DNA from: an uncultured Christensenellaceae bacterium
Lineage (GTDB): Bacteria; Bacillota; Clostridia; Christensenellales; Borkfalkiaceae
Reading direction: 5' to 3'
Assembly: GCA_910586655.1 (NCBI GenBank)
Contig: CAJUIR010000006.1
Coordinates: forward strand, 5,723 to 69,722
Length of the DNA stretch: 64,000 bases
The notes beneath the pieces were generated by a model. It saw only the letters and a program-made list of their open reading frames with translations. It was not told where the DNA came from and made no database searches. Positions 37,976 to 47,148 of this stretch are shown here, piece by piece. The translations under genes were made by a program, and so were the position numbers. Every line of letters starts with the position of its first letter. Positions within the stretch are counted from its first letter, which is position 1.

Positions 37976-39315
37976 TACATTCCCTCCCCCGCCGCACGAA
38001 CGGCATTGGCAACACGCATTGCGGCTTGCTCGCATAAGAGCGCGTTTTCCCCCTCGGCAAGAATTCTAACGACGGGTTCCGTACCCGAAGCACGCAAAAA
38101 GATTCTGCCGCCCGTCAGCATTCCTTCCGCCTGTATTACGGCCTCTTTCACCGCAGCGTTCGCAAGCACGGCATTTTTATCTCCCACACGGACGTTCGTC
38201 GTCTTTTGCGAAAACCGCGTAAGTCCCTTCGTAAGACAGGAGAGCGGACATTTGCTCTCCAACACGATTTCCGCAACTTTTAAAGCAGTCAAAATGCCGT
38301 CGCCTGTCGTTGCGTATTTGCGGAATATGATGTGACCCGACTGCTCGCCGCCTAACTGGTATCCGCATTTGATCATTTCATCGTAAACGTTTTTGTCGCC
38401 TACGTCCGTTTCGCGCAATGAAATTCCATGCGCCGAAAGCGAACGCCGTAAACCGAGATTGCTCATTTTCGTCGCGGCGATTCCGTCGCCGTCCAACTCG
38501 CCGCGCAACTTCATATATTTTGCACAGACGTACAAAATCCCGTCTCCGTCAACGATTTCGCCCCGTTCGTCTACACAGATACAGCGGTCGGCGTCGCCGT
38601 CGAAGGCAAACCCCAGATCCAATCCGTTTTCCGTTACCAGAGATTGCAGTTTTTCGGGATGGGTAGAACCGCAATCGGTATTGATATTCACGCCGTTCGG
38701 ATCCGCGCCCGTTGTGAATACCTGCGCACCGAGCGCGTCGAACACTGCTTTGGAGATCGCCCATGCGCTTCCGTTCGCGCAATCCAGTCCCACACGCAGA
38801 CCGCGAAAGGACGCGCGCGGAAGCGAAAGCAAATAGGCAAGGTAACGGTTTCTGCCTGCAACATAGTCGACGGTGCGCCCGATCTTATCTCCCGCAGCCA
38901 GCGGTAACGTGCCGCCGTCCAGATACTCTTCCACAAGATCCAGCACGCTTTGCTCCATTTTTTCGCCTGCGCTGTTCATAAGTTTAATTCCGTTATCGGA
39001 GTAAGGATTATGGCTTGCCGAGATCATCACTCCGCAGTCGAATCCGTCCGTACGCGTCACATACGATACGGAAGGCGTTGTGGTAACGTGAAGCAGATAC
39101 ACGTCTGCGCCCGAAGCGGTCGCGCCCGCCGTCAGCGCGTACTCGAACATATAAGACGAGAGCCGCGTGTCTTTTCCGACGACGATTTTGGGCCGCTCCC
39201 CCTTGCCGCGCGCATAATACTGCCCGAGATATCTCCCCACCCTGAACGCATGCACTGCAGTCAGCGATTCGTTTGCTCTGCCGCGAAATCCGTCCGTTCC
39301 GAAATATTTTCCCAA
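37975..39315 (-). CDS. glmM: Phosphoglucosamine mutase
   Basis: GKYFGTDGFRG N-terminus, phosphoserine loop SASHNPYSDNGIK and FDGDADR. The start is assigned to TTG 39315, which has GGAGGG 4 nt upstream. The ORF track's longer N-terminus has no family match. Confidence 0.9.
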   Translation of the reverse strand: MGKYFGTDGFRGRANESLTAVHAFRVGRYLGQYYARGKGERPKIVVGKDTRLSSYMFEYALTAGATASGADVYLLHVTTTPSVSYVTRTDGFDCGVMISASHNPYSDNGIKLMNSAGEKMEQSVLDLVEEYLDGGTLPLAAGDKIGRTVDYVAGRNRYLAYLLSLPRASFRGLRVGLDCANGSAWAISKAVFDALGAQVFTTGADPNGVNINTDCGSTHPEKLQSLVTENGLDLGFAFDGDADRCICVDERGEIVDGDGILYVCAKYMKLRGELDGDGIAATKMSNLGLRRSLSAHGISLRETDVGDKNVYDEMIKCGYQLGGEQSGHIIFRKYATTGDGILTALKVAEIVLESKCPLSCLTKGLTRFSQKTTNVRVGDKNAVLANAAVKEAVIQAEGMLTGGRIFLRASGTEPVVRILAEGENALLCEQAAMRVANAVRAAGEGM

Positions 39316-39398
39316 ATTTCCCTCCGCGCGCGCATACCGCACGCAAATCCATTTTATGCGGAACTGCGTTTTTTCGTGATCGGACTTTTTTTGCAAAG

Positions 39399-39420
39399 AA
39401 AAACGCGGCAATCTGCCGCG
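39399..39420 (-). terminator. Intrinsic terminator-like hairpin between glpK and glmM
   Basis: Minus strand CGCGGCA-gat-TGCCGCG followed by TTTTTCTTT. It lies ~150 nt after the glpK stop and ~85 nt before the glmM start. Confidence 0.6.
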
Positions 39421-39569
39421 CGTTGGTTTTCCTCAACCGATTCTTCGATCGACTCGGAATTTTTTTAAAACTTGTATTCCTTGTAAAATCCCTCTTTGCT
39501 GTGTTTGCATATTACCGCCCATTCATTCACACTACTTATCGATTCCTCGAATGAACGTTCGGCAAACGG

Positions 39570-41033
39570 TTATAAAAGCGTTCTTTCCACCGCACGGCGA
39601 TATTCCCGATACAGTTTATTGTACTGCTCCCGATCGCCTTGCGGCGAAAAGATCCGCTCCGAACGTCTCAGACGCGGAATCTCCTGTAACGGAATCTCCC
39701 CGAGAGATACGGCGCACATCAACGCCGCACCGAGCGCAGTACTCTCCCGTTCCGAGGGACGGTTGATTCCTACGCCAAGCAAATTCGACTGAAACTGCAT
39801 TAAAAAATTGTTTGCAGACGCGCCGCCGTCGCACTTGATTTCGCGCAGGTTGATGCCGCTGTCTTCCTCCATACATGCAATCAGATCCCTTGCGCTGTAA
39901 GCAATGCTTTCGAGTACGGCGCGAACCATATGAGCGCGATTGGTACTGCGCGTCAGCCCCGTAAACATTCCGCGCGCACGCGGATCCCAATAGGGCGCTC
40001 CGAGCCCCGTAAACGCGGGAACAAAGTAAACGCCTCCGTTGTTTTCCGCGCATTCCGCAACCGATTCGCTCTCCGCGCTCGTCCGGATCAATCCCAGCCC
40101 GTCGCGCAACCACTGCACCGCGCTTCCGGCGTTAAACACGCTTCCCTCCAATGCGTAATACGTTTTTCCGCCCGCAGAATAACCGACGGTACAAAGCATG
40201 CCCCGACGGCTCTCCGCGCACGTTTCGCCCGTGTTGAACAGCACAAACAAGCCTGTTCCGTAAGTGATTTTACCGTCGCCGCGGTCAAAACAGCCCTGCC
40301 CGAACAATGCGGCTTGCTGATCGCCCAACACGCCCGCAACGGGAACGTACGCGCCCGCGATTTCCGCTTCGCCCATACGCGCGTCGCACGGACGCACCTC
40401 GGGCAGAATTTCCCGCGGAAGATTGAAAATACGAAGAAGCGTTTCGTCCCACTCCAACGTATGGATATTAAACAGCATGGTTCTGGACGCGTTGGTTACG
40501 TCCGTAGCAAACGTCCGCCCGTTCGTCAGTTTGAAGATCAGATACGAATCCACCGTAGCCGCAGCAAGTCTGCCCTGCCGCAAGAGCGTCTGTGCCTTTG
40601 GAACGTTGTCTAAAATCCAACGGATCTTGCTTGCGGAAAAGTAGGCGTCCGGCACGAGTCCCGTGCGTTCGCGGATCTCTTTGACGGCTTCTTTGGAAAG
40701 CGAAGCGCAAAAATCGCTTGTACGGCGGCATTGCCATACAATGGCGGGACAAACGGGTTCGCCCGTTTTCCTGTCCCATAAGACGACCGTTTCGCGCTGG
40801 TTGGCGATCCCGATCCCGCCGATTTGCTCCGCGCCCGTAAAACGCACGCATTCGTTCAGACAATACGCCGCTTTATAGTAAATTTCGTTGGCGTCCTGTT
40901 CCACCCAGCCTTCGCGCGGAAAACCCTGCTCGATCTCCTGACTTGCGCCGTGCACGAATTTCCCCGTTTTCAGTTCGTATACGAATGCCCGAACGCTGGT
41001 CGTACCCGCGTCGAGAGCAATGACATATTTCAT
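39570..41033 (-). CDS. glpK: Glycerol kinase
   Basis: ALDAGTTSVRAF, NQRETVVLWD, PDAYFSASKIRWILDN, GDQQAALFGQ, VYFVPAFTGLGAPYWD and NNFLMQFQSN motifs. Confidence 0.92.
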   Translation of the reverse strand: MKYVIALDAGTTSVRAFVYELKTGKFVHGASQEIEQGFPREGWVEQDANEIYYKAAYCLNECVRFTGAEQIGGIGIANQRETVVLWDRKTGEPVCPAIVWQCRRTSDFCASLSKEAVKEIRERTGLVPDAYFSASKIRWILDNVPKAQTLLRQGRLAAATVDSYLIFKLTNGRTFATDVTNASRTMLFNIHTLEWDETLLRIFNLPREILPEVRPCDARMGEAEIAGAYVPVAGVLGDQQAALFGQGCFDRGDGKITYGTGLFVLFNTGETCAESRRGMLCTVGYSAGGKTYYALEGSVFNAGSAVQWLRDGLGLIRTSAESESVAECAENNGGVYFVPAFTGLGAPYWDPRARGMFTGLTRSTNRAHMVRAVLESIAYSARDLIACMEEDSGINLREIKCDGGASANNFLMQFQSNLLGVGINRPSERESTALGAALMCAVSLGEIPLQEIPRLRRSERIFSPQGDREQYNKLYREYRRAVERTLL

Positions 41034-41054
41034 GAAACTTCCTCTTTCTGTATC

Positions 41055-42992
41055 TCAGCAGCCTCTGCCGCCGCCTCCGCCGAATCCGCCGCCGCCAAAC
41101 CCTCCGCCGAATCCGCCGCCGAACCTTCCGCCCCCGCCCGACGAGGTGGGTTTGGAAACCATATTTCGGGATAATCCTTGATTGAGGGAACGGAACATCG
41201 AGTTCCATACAATACAGGTGAATATAAAATCGCCCGTCGAATAAGTTGCATAGGAAGGCGGCTGCATATCCAGTCCCTTGAATTTATCCGTCCATGCATT
41301 CGAAACGCCCAATACCTGCGCATAGGGCAAAATGCGGTAATACAGATCGGGATTTTCTTTTAACATAAATTCGATCTTATCGCGTTCGGTCACTTCGATA
41401 AACTGCTTGAACCCTAAAATATGTCCCAGCCGATCGTTGTAATCTTTGGTACGGCACAGGAAAAATCCGCTGACACAGCCCGTTCCGACCGCAAATACCA
41501 CAACGATAAATTTGGTCCAGAAACTCAATGCGGCGGAAGGAGTTAAAGCGATCAATACCCCGAAACCCATTCCCAACGCAACGAAAGCAAGCGTAACCGC
41601 AACGCGCAGATACAGTTTCCACTTATACTTTCGCTGGGCTGCAAGGTACGCGCCGCCCGACGCTACAAAACAACCGATGAACGCGCCGAGCACCATAATC
41701 CAGAAATGATACCCGCTCGCGACAGTAAGTAAGGAATAGATCCAAGTAAACCCGCCCAAAACCAATAACGACAGCGCGAGAAACAAGCCGTACAGAACGG
41801 TCCCCTTTCTCGTGTACATTTTTCCCGTTTGGCTCTTGACCGTCGTTTTTACCTGGTTTGCCGTCTTATAAAAACTTTTCGAAAGTTCGGAAGAACGAAC
41901 GGATTCCCTTCCGTCGAACAGTCCCTCGTAAAAGATTCTGCAATGGGCAGGCACGTTCGCAGCAAGCGGTTTTGACGTGCGGTAAAGCGTAGGATCCTTT
42001 TGGCTTTCCGAAAGGTCGATATGCAGATACCCTTCCGAAGCAAGCCAGAATACCAGCGATCCCAAATCTTCGCTGTCGATTTTATTATCGATCAGAAGCC
42101 CCATTAAAAGCGGATCCATCTCGTCGGGCGCAGTCAGATTGATCGTTTTAATCATGTCCGGCTGACGGCATACAAATAGTTTGACGAGCACTGCGGCAAT
42201 CAAAAGCGCCACGCCGATGAGCAATACATAGATCACCGACCGATCGAACGACGCCGTTAAAACGCCCGACTCGAAACTTAAATCGAGCGTGATGCCGGCA
42301 GACGTATAGTAATATCCGTCTTCGCTGTTATGCGGAACGTTCTGCGGCAGACCCAACGAAGTCAGCGTCAGCGTGTTTCCGTTCCGCACGGTCTCCACTT
42401 CGCAATCGTTCCCCGTTGTTCCCGATTCCCCCGAATAGACTTGATACCCTACCAGTCCGTCAGGTACGGTCACAGAAACAGTTACGTCGTTGATTTTCGT
42501 CTGCCAGCCGTAACCGATCACGTCGAGCGGAAGATATCCCTCCTCGGAAAGCGCGGGCACAATCATATCGTATGTAACGATATAGGTTCGCTGCTGACCT
42601 TTGACAACTCCCTTGCCGCGCAAATAATACGAAATGAAAGAAAAATCGTCCGTTTTGATGTAGGGCGCAAAATCGGCGCTGTCGCAATCGGCGGAAATAT
42701 TCTGATACCGAACGCCGCTGCTTAACGGCAGATCGCGGATAATTCCGTGCGAATTATATCCCTCGAAGGAAACGGTGATGGTTTCCTTGACCGAAATTTT
42801 CCGATTGCGTTCCACCGTCATTTCCGCTCGGTACTGTTCGATCGTATAACCGTATTCCGCATCGTAAGGATTCGTCGCGTATGCGTCGGCAGATAAAGAA
42901 ACGGGCGAGGAGAACCCCGCCCATAATCCAAGCACGAGGAGAAGCGCGGCAACCGCCGCTATGATCCCCTTTTTCGTCTTATTATTTTTCAT
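41055..42992 (-). CDS. DUF2207-family membrane protein with Gly-rich C-terminal tail (paralog of 21123..23165)
   Basis: Signal peptide, extracytoplasmic domain, multiple TM helices and a tail SSGGGGRFGGGFGGGFGGGGFGGGGGRGC. It lies 33 nt downstream of lemA. Confidence 0.72.
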   Translation of the reverse strand: MKNNKTKKGIIAAVAALLLVLGLWAGFSSPVSLSADAYATNPYDAEYGYTIEQYRAEMTVERNRKISVKETITVSFEGYNSHGIIRDLPLSSGVRYQNISADCDSADFAPYIKTDDFSFISYYLRGKGVVKGQQRTYIVTYDMIVPALSEEGYLPLDVIGYGWQTKINDVTVSVTVPDGLVGYQVYSGESGTTGNDCEVETVRNGNTLTLTSLGLPQNVPHNSEDGYYYTSAGITLDLSFESGVLTASFDRSVIYVLLIGVALLIAAVLVKLFVCRQPDMIKTINLTAPDEMDPLLMGLLIDNKIDSEDLGSLVFWLASEGYLHIDLSESQKDPTLYRTSKPLAANVPAHCRIFYEGLFDGRESVRSSELSKSFYKTANQVKTTVKSQTGKMYTRKGTVLYGLFLALSLLVLGGFTWIYSLLTVASGYHFWIMVLGAFIGCFVASGGAYLAAQRKYKWKLYLRVAVTLAFVALGMGFGVLIALTPSAALSFWTKFIVVVFAVGTGCVSGFFLCRTKDYNDRLGHILGFKQFIEVTERDKIEFMLKENPDLYYRILPYAQVLGVSNAWTDKFKGLDMQPPSYATYSTGDFIFTCIVWNSMFRSLNQGLSRNMVSKPTSSGGGGRFGGGFGGGFGGGGFGGGGGRGC

Positions 42993-43025
42993 ATTCTTTC
43001 ATTGATTTGAATGCTTTGATCTGAT

Positions 43026-43619
43026 TTAAAACTGAACTTTGACCGCTTTGCGCTCTTCTTCGGAATCGAGTTCGAAATACTTCCGTTTTTCGATTCTCAT
43101 GCGGCGCGCGATCCATGCAACGCCGAACGTATCGATTCGGCTGTTGAGTTCTTTGACCGTACCGTTGTAATATCTGCGTGCAGACGCGATTTCCGTTTCG
43201 ATCCGGCTGAGTTGGTTTTGCAGATCCATAAAATTGGTATTCGCTTTCAGGTCCGGATATGATTCCTGCAATGCAAACAGCGATTTCAACGTTCCCGTAA
43301 GCACGTTTTCCGCGGCGATCTTTTCGTCACCCGTGGCGGTCATGGCGGCGTTGCGCGCTCTGATCACGGCTTCGAGCGTTCCGCTCTCGTGTTTTGCGTA
43401 TCCCTTTACCGTTTCCACGAGGTTGGGGATGAGGTCGTACCGCTTTTTCAGTTGTACGTCGATGGTCGCCCATCCCTCTTCCGCAAGATTTTTTAATCGC
43501 ATCAATCTGTTGTACGTCGAAACATACCAACCGAAAAACGCAATGATGATGAGTAGTACCGCCGCGCCCGCGCAAATTCCCGCGATTGCAGGCGTTCCCA
43601 ACGCCAATAAATGATTCAT
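43026..43619 (-). CDS. lemA: LemA-family protein
   Basis: One N-terminal TM helix followed by YNRLMRLKNLAEEGWATIDVQLKKRYDLIPNLVETVKGYAKHE, a classic LemA sequence. Confidence 0.9.
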   Translation of the reverse strand: MNHLLALGTPAIAGICAGAAVLLIIIAFFGWYVSTYNRLMRLKNLAEEGWATIDVQLKKRYDLIPNLVETVKGYAKHESGTLEAVIRARNAAMTATGDEKIAAENVLTGTLKSLFALQESYPDLKANTNFMDLQNQLSRIETEIASARRYYNGTVKELNSRIDTFGVAWIARRMRIEKRKYFELDSEEERKAVKVQF

Positions 43620-43694
43620 ACATTCCTCCTGCTGAAATCAGCGTTTCTATTATACTATATCTTTTTTAAAATTTCAATATGCCGACGGAAAAAA

Positions 43695-45923
43695 TTATAT
43701 TTTCTTTTTATTATAATTGATGAGGCAGCCCGCAAGCAAAATTTCTTTTTCGTCAGCGGTAAAGGGCGCAAGTTCCAACACGACGTCGCGCCGTGTTCCT
43801 TTGGAGAATACTTGTGCAATAAACCGCGTTTCTCCGCTTTTGATTCCTTCCGCAATATCGGCAACGTAGATATAATCCCCCGTCTTGAAATCAGGCTTTT
43901 CGCATGTAAACGGCAACATTCCCCAATTCACGAGGTTGGAAAAATAGCGTTTGGTTGCGTACTCTTTACAGAGATTGGCAACGCCGCCCAAAACGCGCTG
44001 ACAGGAAGCCGCTTGTTCGCGCGCCGAGCCGTCGCCCGGTTTGTTAGACACCACAACGCTCCCGTAAACGGTATCTTTTCCGACTTCGAAACCGCCCAAT
44101 TCTTGGATCACACGCTGGGGAAGAACGCCCGTTTCGCGGCGCGCTAATTCCTCCTCGCGTACGCTTTTTGCGCGTCCTACGTATTCGGGATCTTTACGCG
44201 ACAATGCAAATTCCGAAAGTTTATAGGGATTGGAACGGTAAGAAGAAGTTTCGCCCGAAGGGATCAACTCGTCGGTCGTGGTCACCGGATCTTTCAAAAC
44301 GGACACGACCTTCATGAGCAGATTTTTGCCGAGCGGGATCTGTTCGGGCCAATCGGCAATATTGGGTCCGTACACCAACGCTTGGTCTTTTTGCGGTTTC
44401 CCCGCGCCGCGGTAGACGCGGTTTTCGTATATCTTGCCGTCGAAACGGTATTTCTTTACACGCTTGTTATACTCATAATCGAGCGCGGAGGTCAGCACGC
44501 CGCCGTTTGCCGCCGTTGCGGCGATCGAACGCGCGTCCATCAAAGCGACCGCCGAAAGTTGACCCTGCGCGGGCTTGCTCCCCTCGCGATTTTCAAAATT
44601 CCGCGTTGTGTGCCGGATAGAAAGCGCGCCCGTCGCGGGTGTGTCGCCCGCGCCGAAACAGGGACCGCAAAACGCTGTTTTCAGCGTTGCGCCCGTTTCC
44701 ATCAGCAAACCCGTATAACCGTTTTCCGTCAGGCATTTATAGACGGGCTGTGACGAAGGATAAACATTCAGCGTAAAGGCTCCCGTTCCGATGCTCTTTC
44801 CGCGCAAAATTTCCGCGCTCTCGGCGATATTCTCGTAACTTCCGCCGGCGCAGCCTGCAATGACGCCCTGATCTACGTACACTTTCCCGTCTTTGATCTT
44901 ATTCGTCAAACAGAACGCGTCGGTGCCTAAAATCGCCCTCCCTTTTTCTTCGACTTCTTTTAAAAGTTCCTCGCTTCTCTCTAAAAATTCCCGAATGGAA
45001 TAAGCATTCGAAGGATGGAACGGAAGCGCGATCATCGGTTCGACTTTGCTTAAATCAATCGTTACGGCGCCGTCGTAATATGCAGGTTCGGCGGGCGCAA
45101 GCCGTTTGTATGCCTCGGCGCGGTTATGATCGCGGAAATATTCTTCCGTTTTCCCGTCCGTTTCCCAGATACTCGATAAGCAAGTTGTTTCCGTCGTCAT
45201 GACGTCGATCCCGTTGCGGTAATCCATCGAGAGCGCCGCAATCCCGGGACCGATAAATTCGAGGATTTTATTTTTTACGAACCCGCTGGGAAAAACCGCG
45301 CGGATCAACGCGAGCGCAACGTCCTGAGGTCCGACCCCCTTTCGGAGTTTCCCTTTTAAATAGACAGCGATCACTTCGGGAGGTTTGATATCATACGTCT
45401 GCTTTAACAGTTGCTTTACAAGTTCGGGTCCGCCCTCGCCGATCGCCATCGTACCCAGCGCGCCGTAACGCGTGTGCGAATCGGAACCGAGAATCATCGC
45501 GCCGCACTTAGCCGCGCATTCGCGCATGTACTGATGAATGACCGCAAGATGCGCGGGAACGTAATCGCCGCCGTATTTTTTCGCCGCGGATAACCCGAAG
45601 ACGTGATCGTCCTCGTTGATGGTTCCGCCCACGGCGCAAAGCGAATTGTGGCAGTTGGTCAGAGTGTAGGGAACGGGAAAATGTTCGATCCCGCTCGCTT
45701 TCGCCGTCTGTACGATTCCGACGTAAGTAATATCGTGCGAAGCGATCGCGTCGAATTTCAAACGGTATTGCGTTTCGTCGCCGCTATTATGTGTTTGAAG
45801 TACGGAATAGGCAATGGTGTTTTTTTGAGCCGCGCGTTTCTTTTCGTCCGTCTTGAACGCTTGCGATTCTTTGATAAGTTTCCCTTCGCTGTAATATACA
45901 CCCTGTCTGATAACCTTGACCAT
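43695..45923 (-). CDS. Aconitase-superfamily hydratase (aconitate hydratase-like, catalytic and swivel domains fused)
   Basis: LGSDSHTRYG and CGPCFGAG Fe-S ligand motifs plus a swivel-like C-terminal ~180 aa. Exact substrate not determinable by eye. Confidence 0.72.
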   Translation of the reverse strand: MVKVIRQGVYYSEGKLIKESQAFKTDEKKRAAQKNTIAYSVLQTHNSGDETQYRLKFDAIASHDITYVGIVQTAKASGIEHFPVPYTLTNCHNSLCAVGGTINEDDHVFGLSAAKKYGGDYVPAHLAVIHQYMRECAAKCGAMILGSDSHTRYGALGTMAIGEGGPELVKQLLKQTYDIKPPEVIAVYLKGKLRKGVGPQDVALALIRAVFPSGFVKNKILEFIGPGIAALSMDYRNGIDVMTTETTCLSSIWETDGKTEEYFRDHNRAEAYKRLAPAEPAYYDGAVTIDLSKVEPMIALPFHPSNAYSIREFLERSEELLKEVEEKGRAILGTDAFCLTNKIKDGKVYVDQGVIAGCAGGSYENIAESAEILRGKSIGTGAFTLNVYPSSQPVYKCLTENGYTGLLMETGATLKTAFCGPCFGAGDTPATGALSIRHTTRNFENREGSKPAQGQLSAVALMDARSIAATAANGGVLTSALDYEYNKRVKKYRFDGKIYENRVYRGAGKPQKDQALVYGPNIADWPEQIPLGKNLLMKVVSVLKDPVTTTDELIPSGETSSYRSNPYKLSEFALSRKDPEYVGRAKSVREEELARRETGVLPQRVIQELGGFEVGKDTVYGSVVVSNKPGDGSAREQAASCQRVLGGVANLCKEYATKRYFSNLVNWGMLPFTCEKPDFKTGDYIYVADIAEGIKSGETRFIAQVFSKGTRRDVVLELAPFTADEKEILLAGCLINYNKKKI

Positions 45924-46026
45924 ATCCGTTTCCTCTCAGTATTTTTCTCTATTATATCGGATTCGGGGACTTTTTTCAAGCGAAGTGAAACGGAAAATGC
46001 AAAATAATGAATTTAAGTAAAAGCGA

Positions 46027-46055
46027 TTGATTTTTACGGACAAATGTTTTATACT
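46027..46055 (+). promoter_or_regulatory. Promoter TTGATT-17-TATACT placed 6 nt before ATG 46062 (leaderless-type arrangement)
   Basis: -35 at 46027..46032 and -10 at 46050..46055. There is no SD between the -10 and the ATG. Confidence 0.5.
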
Positions 46056-46061
46056 GCTCTT

Positions 46062-46580
46062 ATGAAAGAAAAAAAGCAGAAAAATTTACTGAAAAGCGAA
46101 ACGTTTCCCTTCCGCTTTACGGGACTCATGCTTGCGCTGTTGATCTTGCTGCTTGCGCTTTGCGCGACGGGAATCGGACTTACGACTTGGCAGTTTACCG
46201 ACTTTCTGAAAGGCGATATTTCCTCTGTGTACGATTGGATGAAATACGTTCTGCTCTACCTTGTGAGCATTCTCCTTGCGGTGATCGTAATTGCGATGCT
46301 GATCAGATCGCAATATATCGTTACCGACAAAACGCTCACCATTCAGTTCGGGTTGATCCGTTCGCGCTACGAAATCAAAAATATTTATTCAGTGCGGCTG
46401 TTCCGCGGATCGAATAAACTGACCGTCTATTTCGACGATTACAAAAACAAATATATGGTGATCGTGGTAAAAGACGTGTGGTATACCGATTTCGTGCAAG
46501 CGCTGATCAAGCGCAATGAAAAAATCGAATTCGACTTTATTACGCCCGAAGAAGAAAAAGACCAAAAAAAGAAAAAGTAA
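46062..46580 (+). CDS. Membrane protein with two TM helices and a bacterial PH-like (DUF304-like) C-terminal domain
   Basis: Helices LMLALLILLLALCATGIGL and VLLYLVSILLAVIVIAMLI, followed by YIVTDKTLTIQFGLIRSRYEIKNIYSVRL. I chose the start at the second ATG because the first lies inside the putative promoter. Confidence 0.5.
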   Translation: MKEKKQKNLLKSETFPFRFTGLMLALLILLLALCATGIGLTTWQFTDFLKGDISSVYDWMKYVLLYLVSILLAVIVIAMLIRSQYIVTDKTLTIQFGLIRSRYEIKNIYSVRLFRGSNKLTVYFDDYKNKYMVIVVKDVWYTDFVQALIKRNEKIEFDFITPEEEKDQKKKK

Positions 46581-46590
46581 CTCATATAAC

Positions 46591-46627
46591 AAAAAAACCG
46601 CCGACTTTCCAGTCGGCGGTTTTTTTG
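46591..46627. terminator. Bidirectional terminator
   Basis: Stem ACCGCCGACT/AGTCGGCGGT flanked by A7 and T7. Confidence 0.85.
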
Positions 46628-46634
46628 ACTATTA

Positions 46635-46844
46635 TTAAATCAATTTTGTATTGTGTTCTGTAAGTTCGTCAAGAGTAACATCGAAATAATCCGCAATTCT
46701 ATGCAACTGCTCTATGGACGGCTCGCAGTACGATGTTTCCCAATGCGATACTGTTTTTACGGAAACGTTCATAATTGCAGCGAACTCGCGTTGCCCCATT
46801 TGATTATTTTTTCTTAAGCGTTTCAGATTTTCCGCAAACCCCAT
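46635..46844 (-). CDS. XRE-family HTH transcriptional regulator
   Basis: HTH_3 pattern LKRLRKNNQMGQREFAAIMNVSVKTVSHWETSYCEPSIEQLHRIADYFDVTLDEL, with GGAG 9 nt upstream of ATG 46844. Confidence 0.88.
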   Translation of the reverse strand: MGFAENLKRLRKNNQMGQREFAAIMNVSVKTVSHWETSYCEPSIEQLHRIADYFDVTLDELTEHNTKLI

Positions 46845-46898
46845 CAAAAATTACTCCCTACTTATCAAACAGATTGTATCAAAAATAGAGAATTTTTC

Positions 46899-46927
46899 TT
46901 GACAATCTCAAATTTTGAGAATATAAT
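46899..46927 (+). promoter_or_regulatory. Perfect-consensus promoter TTGACA-17-TATAAT with a 7-1-7 palindromic operator in the spacer
   Basis: The palindrome TCTCAAA-T-TTTGAGA at 46906..46920 is centred in the 17-nt spacer. The promoter is divergent from the XRE gene and points into a ~300-bp AT-rich gap. Confidence 0.7.
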
Positions 46928-47148
46928 CAAGTTAAACATGAATACTTCGGTAAATAGGATAAAACTTTGCAAAAACTGTATTTGTTCTTGTTTATTTCAT
47001 GGGAAAAGCAACTGCTTTTTAATTTGTAGTCGTTCATTAAAAAAAGTAGACGCTCATGCTTCGTGTAAATACTTTTATAATAAAAATAAGAATCTTCCAA
47101 ACATAAATAACAAAAAGTTTGACAGTACAATCGACCGAAACTAAATCT

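Noticed and set aside
39316-39569. glmS ribozyme upstream of glmM-glmS
   Set aside because: I looked on the minus strand for the conserved core strings in the correct order and did not find them. GGGCGG and GGTTGAGG occur, but in the wrong order and context. This still needs an Rfam scan.
41058-41150. GC-rich short periodic repeats (also at 21126..21215), considered as possible tandem-repeat or CRISPR-like elements
   Set aside because: They are the in-frame codons of the poly-Gly C-terminal tails of the two DUF2207 proteins. There is no spacer/repeat organisation.
46899-47144. 81-aa plus-strand ORF and the overlapping 67-aa minus-strand ORF (46927..47130) as confident protein genes
   Set aside because: Both lie in very AT-rich DNA, where long ORFs and Cys/Asn/Lys-rich translations arise by chance. 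The listed TTG start is the -35 box of the promoter. Only the shorter ATG-46938 version is kept, as a hypothesis in the findings.
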